A DNA stretch of 64,000 bases from a virus, in IMG/VR virus record IMGVR_UViG_3300024999_000034, positions 64,001-128,000 of that record; one strand, 5' to 3'. The position numbers and the translations under genes were made by a program. Positions 58,017 to 64,000 of this stretch are shown here, piece after piece; within the stretch, counting starts at the first letter, position 1, and each line of letters begins with the position of its first letter. The notes under the pieces were generated by a model. That model was not told the origin of the DNA, made no database searches, and saw only the letters and a list, made by a program, of their open reading frames with translations.

Positions 58017-58747
58017 ATGGAAGAAAAAGTAATAATTTTGCCAGAGAGAGAGAGAGTCTACAACTAAATAAAACGTATAATATGGATTGCACCAAAGGAC
58101 TAGAGCAAATGTATAAAGAAGGAATTGTAGCAAATTGTATTGTAACTGATCCTCCTTATGGAATAAACTTTAGCACAAATCATAGAAAGAAAAATACGTT
58201 AACAACACAAAAAGGCATTCTTAATGATAAAGACAATAATGACTTTCTAGAAAATATAATTGATTTATCATATAAGGTATTGAAAGACAATGCACATATT
58301 TATTGGTTTACTCGTTGGGATAAAGTACCTGAGCATTTAGTGTTGTTAAGGAAATATTATAATGTTAAAAATGCTTTAATATGGGTTAAAAATAATTGGT
58401 CGATGGGTGATTTAACTGGTGCATATGCAGGGCAATATGAAGTAATTTTGTTTGGTCAAAAAGGTAGAAAAGAACTAAATGAAATTGATGGTCGAAAAAG
58501 ACATACAGATATATTGAATTATAATAGAGTATCGGGTAAGGAGCAAATACATAGTCATCAAAAACCAATAGATTTATTACAGTTTTTGATCAAGAAGTCC
58601 ACTGTTGAAGGCGAAGTAATATTAGATCCATTTGCTGGTGCGAGGTCAACAGAGATAGCTTCTAAGTGCTGTGGTAGGCAATACATAGGATTTGAATTTG
58701 ATAAAGAGATATATGATTTAAGTTTGAGTAGATTAATTAATTTGTAA
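58017..58747 (+). pseudogene. DNA methyltransferase (N4-C/N6-A, beta class) out of frame at an (AG)7 tract
   Basis: RBS-led ATG at 58017 gives MEEKVIILPERERVYN*; the body frame reads SLQLNKTYNMDC, VTDPPY, HSHQKP, LDPFAG; (AG)6 or (AG)9 would fuse them. Confidence 0.75.
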
Positions 58748-58782
58748 TACATATAAACATAAAAATAATTATTATACACTAC

Positions 58783-58812
58783 TTGATATTTACCTATTGA
58801 GTGGTGTATAAT
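58783..58812 (+). promoter_or_regulatory. Promoter TTGATA-18-TATAAT
   Basis: Sequence inspection; A-rich UP-like tract upstream. Confidence 0.55.
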
Positions 58813-59044
58813 AGTATTAAGAAGTAAATCAAAGGAGTGAAGTAAATGAAAGTAAAAATCCTAAAAGATGGCGAAAATGACAGAATGGTTATATTAAACG
58901 TCTTAGATTGGAGTGAAGTTCAGGTTAGTGATTTGATAGGTAAAAAGATTGTTGATATAACTCTTGATAATAAATATGAGGAAACAACTTTGGAACTAGA
59001 ATAATCCCAAGAAATTATATTTTTAAAGGTAGGTGATAAATTAA

Positions 59045-61603
59045 ATGAACGGAGATAGAGAGTGTCCTCACTGCGGAGAAATGAGTTTATTCGAACAGGG
59101 TTTAAATCAATGGTTATGTGTAATTTGTGGTAGAGAGTTTGATGATGAATGGTTAGAAGGAGAAGAATAATATGGATTTAAACAAATTTAAACTAAACGA
59201 ACTGATTGAAGAAATAGAGTATCTGAAAGAAGCAGAGGAATTATTATTGCAAATATATACAAATGTTGGCGTATATAATCTAGAAGTTTTAGATAATAAA
59301 TTAGACTACCCACGACCATTATCTACGAGAATAAGAGATCATTTTAAATTTGACGATAGTGAATAAAATGTTGCTTTTAAACTATAAAATCAATTGAAAG
59401 GAAAGTGTAAAATGAGATATTTTGAAGTAATAATGAAAAGCGGAGAAAAGAATTATCTCTCATATGACGTTGTAGAAATTCAAAGAGAAGAAATATCGGA
59501 AATTATTCAAGAAATTGATAGGAATGATTTTTTAAGAGAAAAAGAAGGAATATGTGAAGAATTACTATGTCATTCATGCGAAGAAAATAAATGCAGTGTT
59601 ATTTAATACGAAGAAATATATTTAAATAAAAGGAGTGCAAAAGTAAATGAAGAAATTATGTGTTGTATGTGGTCAAGAAATAGACACAAAGGAACAGCCA
59701 TATTTTAAATTTGGCTCTAAATATATTTGTGATGATACTGTGGATGTAGGGTGTTGCACCACATTTTTGAGTTGGCATAGAAAGAATGAAGATAAAACTG
59801 AATAAAATGGCACTTTCCAAGTATTTATAAAATGAGGTGAATGAAATGGATAAGAAATATATATAGTAAAAGTAGTAGACGATAGTGATGAAACAATTTT
59901 AACATTACTTGATTTTGGAACAGTAAATTATTCATCAAAATTAATTAATGTTTGTAGTATTATTATGGATTCAAAAAACGTTAGTAAATTAAGAAAATGC
60001 AAATGCGTTTTGTCTGTTAGAGAAAGTAGATCAGGTAAGTGGTTGGATGGAATTAAAAAAGAAAGGGATTGAATATAATATGAAAATCAGTGAGGCAGAA
60101 TTTATCAGCAAATGCATGGAATCTAATGAATGTACTCTTGAAGAATTTCATGAATATTATGAAGTCTTTCCTTGTAATTGTGAATATGAAAACTGTGAAG
60201 GATGGAGGAATGAATTAAAAGAAGATGCAGTAAGGAAATTTTATGAAAATAGTAAAAAAGATCAAATCAAATGATGTTTTTAAAGGTATGAAAGGAGAGT
60301 AAAAATGTTTAAAGTTATGGAAAAATGTTATGTAGAACATTGTGTTGATGGTTCAATGGCAAAGCTAGTATATGGAATATTAGAAGATAGCTGCTAAAAA
60401 TTATGAGTCATATGGTAATGAGTAAAGGAGAGAAAATAAATGAAATTGATTAATATGAAATGCCTTTTCCATAAAAAACTTACAATACATGTTACTCATA
60501 ATGAATGTGACGCGATGAGTTGTTATGGTTGTAAATATTTGATAGATCAATATTCAAATCATGTAGAGCAAGAAGAAGAACATGATTCTGAACCTTGGAA
60601 TCCATTTGAAGATTAATTATGCTTTAAAATCATACATTGAAAGAAGTTTTTATAAATGGAAGAACCAGAACTAACTGAAGAAGTGTTAAAACGAATCACA
60701 AATAGAATTCCTTGGTTTTTCTATATCCTAGAGGGACGTATTAACGGTTTTGATCAAGATATTGAAGAAATAAGACAATTACATGGAGAAAACAATCATT
60801 GGGAAGATTTTACTAGAGGACAACATAATGCATTTAAAGAAGCATGGAGTTTGTTGTTAGGTGATTAACAGATTATTCTTGACTATACTTTGATTTGAAT
60901 ATAAACTTAATCAAAAGACTAGGAGTAATCATGAAAAGAAGCATAGAATGGCAAAACACACGTAATGCTAATTATATCAATATTCATAAAAGAGTATCTA
61001 ATGTTTCTCCAGGAATTGTAAGTAAATTAGGATACAATGAATCAGATAGGGCAATTATAGGATTTTCAGATGATGGACAATTTCTATACATTAAAAAATC
61101 AGACAATGGTTTGAAATTGTCTATCATCAATGAAAGAAGTTTTGGAAGAACATTTGCTTCAATTGCTCTTATTAAGAATTTTGGTGATATTATTGGTACT
61201 TATGAGTATGATAGAGTTGATAATGAAGGTGTAGTGGTGTTAAGGAAATTATAAGGAGGTAATTATGAAAAATTATAAAGAAATATTACTAAATACCCTA
61301 TCAGATGATAATCTTGATCTAGAATCAGGAATCCCATCACTTAATAAACCACTTTTAGATTTTACAAAAAATTATCTAGAATTACGATTCTCAAATAATC
61401 TAAAGCAATACAATAATGATGAATCAAAAGCATATGATTTATTTTCTGCTAAGAAAGCAATGGAATATTTTAATATTTATGTTGAGGAATTATTCTTTTT
61501 AACAAGAGACAAAACTGATGGGAATTATTATGAACGAAAATTTCTCAGACAATTAATTCATTTGTTAAATTTAACGATTTTAGAGGTTGAAAATGGTGAG
61601 TAA
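59045..61603 (+). other. Run of small hypothetical CDSs, including 59045-59170 (Zn ribbon), 59172-59366, about 59412-59606, 60080-60274, 60656-60868, about 60931-61254, 61265-61603
   Basis: ORF track and RBSs. Confidence 0.6.
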
Positions 61604-61779
61604 GGTGATTATATGATTTATCATGTCAGTTGGCTAGAAAGTGCCATTGTGAAACTTAGAGAGGATAATACTAAGGTTAGTGCTGTGAATGGCAACATGA
61701 CTATTGAGGAATTTATTAGAGAGTTTTGTGGTGAAGAATTGGATAAGAGTGTTAAATGTTAGAGAGAGGGATGATTATA

Positions 61780-62214
61780 ATGAATTTAGAACAAGCAATT
61801 TCAATAGCATCATTGGCCCATGAAGGACAATTAGATAAAGGTGGAGAACCATATATTTTACATCCTTTAAGGGTTATGATGAAACTTAAAGACGAGAAGC
61901 AAAGAATTGTGGCTGTATTGCATGATGTAATAGAGGATACGGATATTACTAGTTTTTATTTATTAAAACAAGGATTTGATTATGAATTAACTAATCACAT
62001 TTTGACTTTAACTAGACGTAAAGATGAAAATTATGATGAATATATTAACCGTATAAGTAAGGATGAATTTGCTATACAAATTAAGTTAGCAGACTTAGAA
62101 GACAATATGGATATGTCTAGGATTAAGAAACCTACAGGTAAGGACCATGAGCGTGTGGAGAAGTATGGCAAAGCAAGAGAAAGATTGATGAATGCTTTAG
62201 TTTATGTTCAATAA
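61780..62214 (+). CDS. HD-domain hydrolase, RelA/SpoT-hydrolase-like (small alarmone hydrolase-like)
   Basis: AHEGQLDKGGEPYILHPLRV, AVLHDVIEDT, IKLADLEDN. Confidence 0.8.
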   Translation: MNLEQAISIASLAHEGQLDKGGEPYILHPLRVMMKLKDEKQRIVAVLHDVIEDTDITSFYLLKQGFDYELTNHILTLTRRKDENYDEYINRISKDEFAIQIKLADLEDNMDMSRIKKPTGKDHERVEKYGKARERLMNALVYVQ

Positions 62215-62238
62215 ATAAAATAGAAAGGAAGATTAAAT

Positions 62239-63135
62239 TTGACAAGAAGTGAATACCATCAATTATTATGGGAAAAATATCATAGAATAGAAAATAATAT
62301 TGTAGAAAGGAGGTGTACCTCTTGCGAAGAATGGCAACAAGAAAATGTAGAAAATTTTTATCTAAAGAATAAATCAAACCCAGAATTAGGATTTTTGCCA
62401 GAGTGCAAAGAATGTACTATAAAAAGAACCAATAAAAACAGAAGCGATAAATATGATGATTATTATAGAGATTACAACAAGCAAATTTATTTAAAAGATC
62501 CCGAAAAATTTAAAGAACGTGATAAAATTAACGTAAGTAATAAACCGGAACAATATAAAGAAAAGAAAAAGAAATGGAGACAAAACCATCCTGAAAAGTG
62601 CAGAGAATACTCTAAGTTACATAGAGTGCATGATATCACAGAAGCAGAATGGAGATCATGTTTAAGAGTGTTCGGCAATACTTGTGCTTATTGCGGATTA
62701 CCAATTGAAAAACACACATTTTACAGAAATGGCAAATACATAATTATGAACTTTCACAAAGAACATGTGGATGATGAAGGATATAATGATTTGAGAAACG
62801 CGGTTCCTGCTTGTCAACATTGTAATAGTAGTAAGCGTCAGTACTCAATTGAAGAATGGTATTTTAAACAAAAATTCTTTTCTATTGACAGATATATAAA
62901 AATACTTTGGTGGATCAACGAAGAGTATAAAGACTATATAGAGGATAAGCCGCCTTACAGAATTATTAGAAAGCAAAATGACGATAAGAAGAGTTTTCAT
63001 TGGCAATTGTGGATTGTTGATGAGTACAGAAATATGATAGAATATATACATATAGGTGACAAGAAAAAAGATATACAAAAATGGATTGAAGTTAATAAAG
63101 CAGAATTAGAAGAGGAATTTGAGTGGGAATTATAG
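62239..63135 (+). CDS. Zn-finger HNH endonuclease, paralogue 3
   Basis: RRCTSC/PECKEC; CAYCG...KEHVDDEGYNDLRNAVPACQHCN; shares the KPPYRI tail. Confidence 0.8.
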   Translation: MTRSEYHQLLWEKYHRIENNIVERRCTSCEEWQQENVENFYLKNKSNPELGFLPECKECTIKRTNKNRSDKYDDYYRDYNKQIYLKDPEKFKERDKINVSNKPEQYKEKKKKWRQNHPEKCREYSKLHRVHDITEAEWRSCLRVFGNTCAYCGLPIEKHTFYRNGKYIIMNFHKEHVDDEGYNDLRNAVPACQHCNSSKRQYSIEEWYFKQKFFSIDRYIKILWWINEEYKDYIEDKPPYRIIRKQNDDKKSFHWQLWIVDEYRNMIEYIHIGDKKKDIQKWIEVNKAELEEEFEWEL

Positions 63136-63185
63136 GTATGTCTTATAAATAAAGTTTCCACTTGCAATTAAAAAGGAGAGTATAT

Positions 63186-63713
63186 ATGAGTGACCATAAA
63201 AACAAAATCTTTATGATTTCAGATCCTCATTTCCATCATCAAAAAATTATTAAGTATGAGAATAGACCATTTGAAAATGCTGAACAAATGACTAAGACAA
63301 TTATTAAAAACTGGAGTAAAGTTGTTAAGAGAGATGACGAAGTTTTCTGTTTAGGAGATGTATGTTTTAAAAATAAAGAAGTCACAACTGAGATTGTGCA
63401 ACAATTAAATGGAATTAAAACTTTAATCTTAGGAAATCATGATAGATCAAAGTCAGTAACTTGGTGGAAGGGATGCGGATTTCAAGAAGTAAGTAAATAT
63501 CCTATCATTGTTGGTGAGTTTTATATTCTATCACATGAGCCTATTTATTTAACTGAAGCAATGCCTTACGCAAATATACATGGACATATTCATCATTTAA
63601 AATATGAGAGTAAGCAATATTTTAATGTTAGCGTTGAATGTATTGATTATACTCCTATGGATTTTGAAGATATTAAGAAGGAAATATTGATTAGGAATAT
63701 GGAGGATAAGTAA
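63186..63713 (+). CDS. Calcineurin-like metallophosphoesterase
   Basis: ISDPHF, LGD, LGNHD, HGHIH. Confidence 0.88.
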   Translation: MSDHKNKIFMISDPHFHHQKIIKYENRPFENAEQMTKTIIKNWSKVVKRDDEVFCLGDVCFKNKEVTTEIVQQLNGIKTLILGNHDRSKSVTWWKGCGFQEVSKYPIIVGEFYILSHEPIYLTEAMPYANIHGHIHHLKYESKQYFNVSVECIDYTPMDFEDIKKEILIRNMEDK

Positions 63714-63845
63714 ATGGCATTATTAAATCTTGAAGAATTATTAAAAGAGGTAGAAGAAACAGATTGTAAACTCCCTCCTCATTTTATTGACGGTGAGGAA
63801 TACGAGGAGTGGCTTAGAAAAGAATTAATCAAAGATAATAAGTAG
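63714..63845 (+). CDS. Small acidic protein, paralogue of 40943-41083
   Basis: MALLNLEELLKEVEE...LPP...GEEYEEWLRK shared with 40943-41083. Confidence 0.6.
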   Translation: MALLNLEELLKEVEETDCKLPPHFIDGEEYEEWLRKELIKDNK

Positions 63846-64000
63846 CCCCAGAAAAAACGCATTTTATCTTTATTTAAGATTGGGAAAGTGGAGCATATAT
63901 GAGTATATAGTAGCATGAAGGAGATTGACAAATGAAAGAAAACGAATTATCAATTCAAGGAACTATTAACAGTTTAATTAAACTGAGAAAAGATTATATG

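Larger units (their letters stand above)
2007..63870. repeat. Dispersed 24-bp imperfect palindrome, consensus about CCnnn(G/T)AAA-N6-TTT(C/T)nnnGG, about 35 copies immediately downstream of stop codons
   Basis: Examples: 3176 cccatgaaa-cttaca-tttccaagg; 19933 ccctcgaaa-gcccga-tttcctagt; 22948 actttgaat-gactca-tttcaaagg; 29162 ccaataaaa-attgca-ttttaaatg; 44510 caattaaaa-cacaac-ttttaattg. Confidence 0.8.
1..64000 (+). mobile_element. Large Bacillota temperate phage/prophage accessory and replication region (SPbeta-like organisation)
   Basis: Unidirectional dense array of tiny ORFs; phage-typical families (YopX, Rha, HNH, DNA MTases, SprT, DUF5659-like); sigmaA-like promoters; no host housekeeping genes. 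Confidence 0.88.

Noticed and set aside
363-63078. Minus-strand ORFs in the track (e.g. 363-671, 22559-22963, 43369-43743)
   Set aside because: They overlap well-supported + strand genes, lack RBSs, and have the F/L/I/S-rich composition typical of antisense shadows in AT-rich DNA
1-64000. Retron, DGR, group II intron or IS element
   Set aside because: No reverse transcriptase (YxDD) or transposase ORF recognised in the six-frame track

Overview
AT-rich 64 kb stretch from a large Bacillota (Firmicutes) temperate phage or prophage of SPbeta/c-st-like organisation; the host cannot be named from sequence alone. Essentially every real gene is on the + strand: more than 150 short, tightly packed CDSs with AAGGAGG-type RBSs, mostly small hypotheticals. 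Minus-strand ORFs look like shadows. No structural, tRNA, rRNA or CRISPR features were seen. Recognisable products: four DNA methyltransferases, three paralogous Zn-finger HNH endonucleases, a catalytically intact tyrosine recombinase next to a zinc-ribbon-repeat nuclease, an orphan HicA, SprT, an ImmA/IrrE-like peptidase, an ArdC-like protein, Rha, SLOG, YopX, MBL, HD and metallophosphoesterase enzymes, a ParB-like/kinase/SF2-helicase operon, and a probable replication initiator next to 30-bp direct repeats. The most unusual signals are mostly intergenic. (1) About 35 copies of a 24-bp imperfect palindrome (9-bp arms, variable 6-bp spacer) sit just after stop codons and resemble tyrosine-recombinase core sites punctuating a gene array. 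(2) A family of long leader hairpins with AUAACA-containing loops occurs between 1.5 and 12.7 kb, some showing covariation. (3) Two covarying hairpins share an ACAAAGGG loop. (4) A methyltransferase is put out of frame by an (AG)7 tract. Several homopolymer frameshifts indicate either prophage decay or sequencing error, so all frameshift-based claims need read-level checks.
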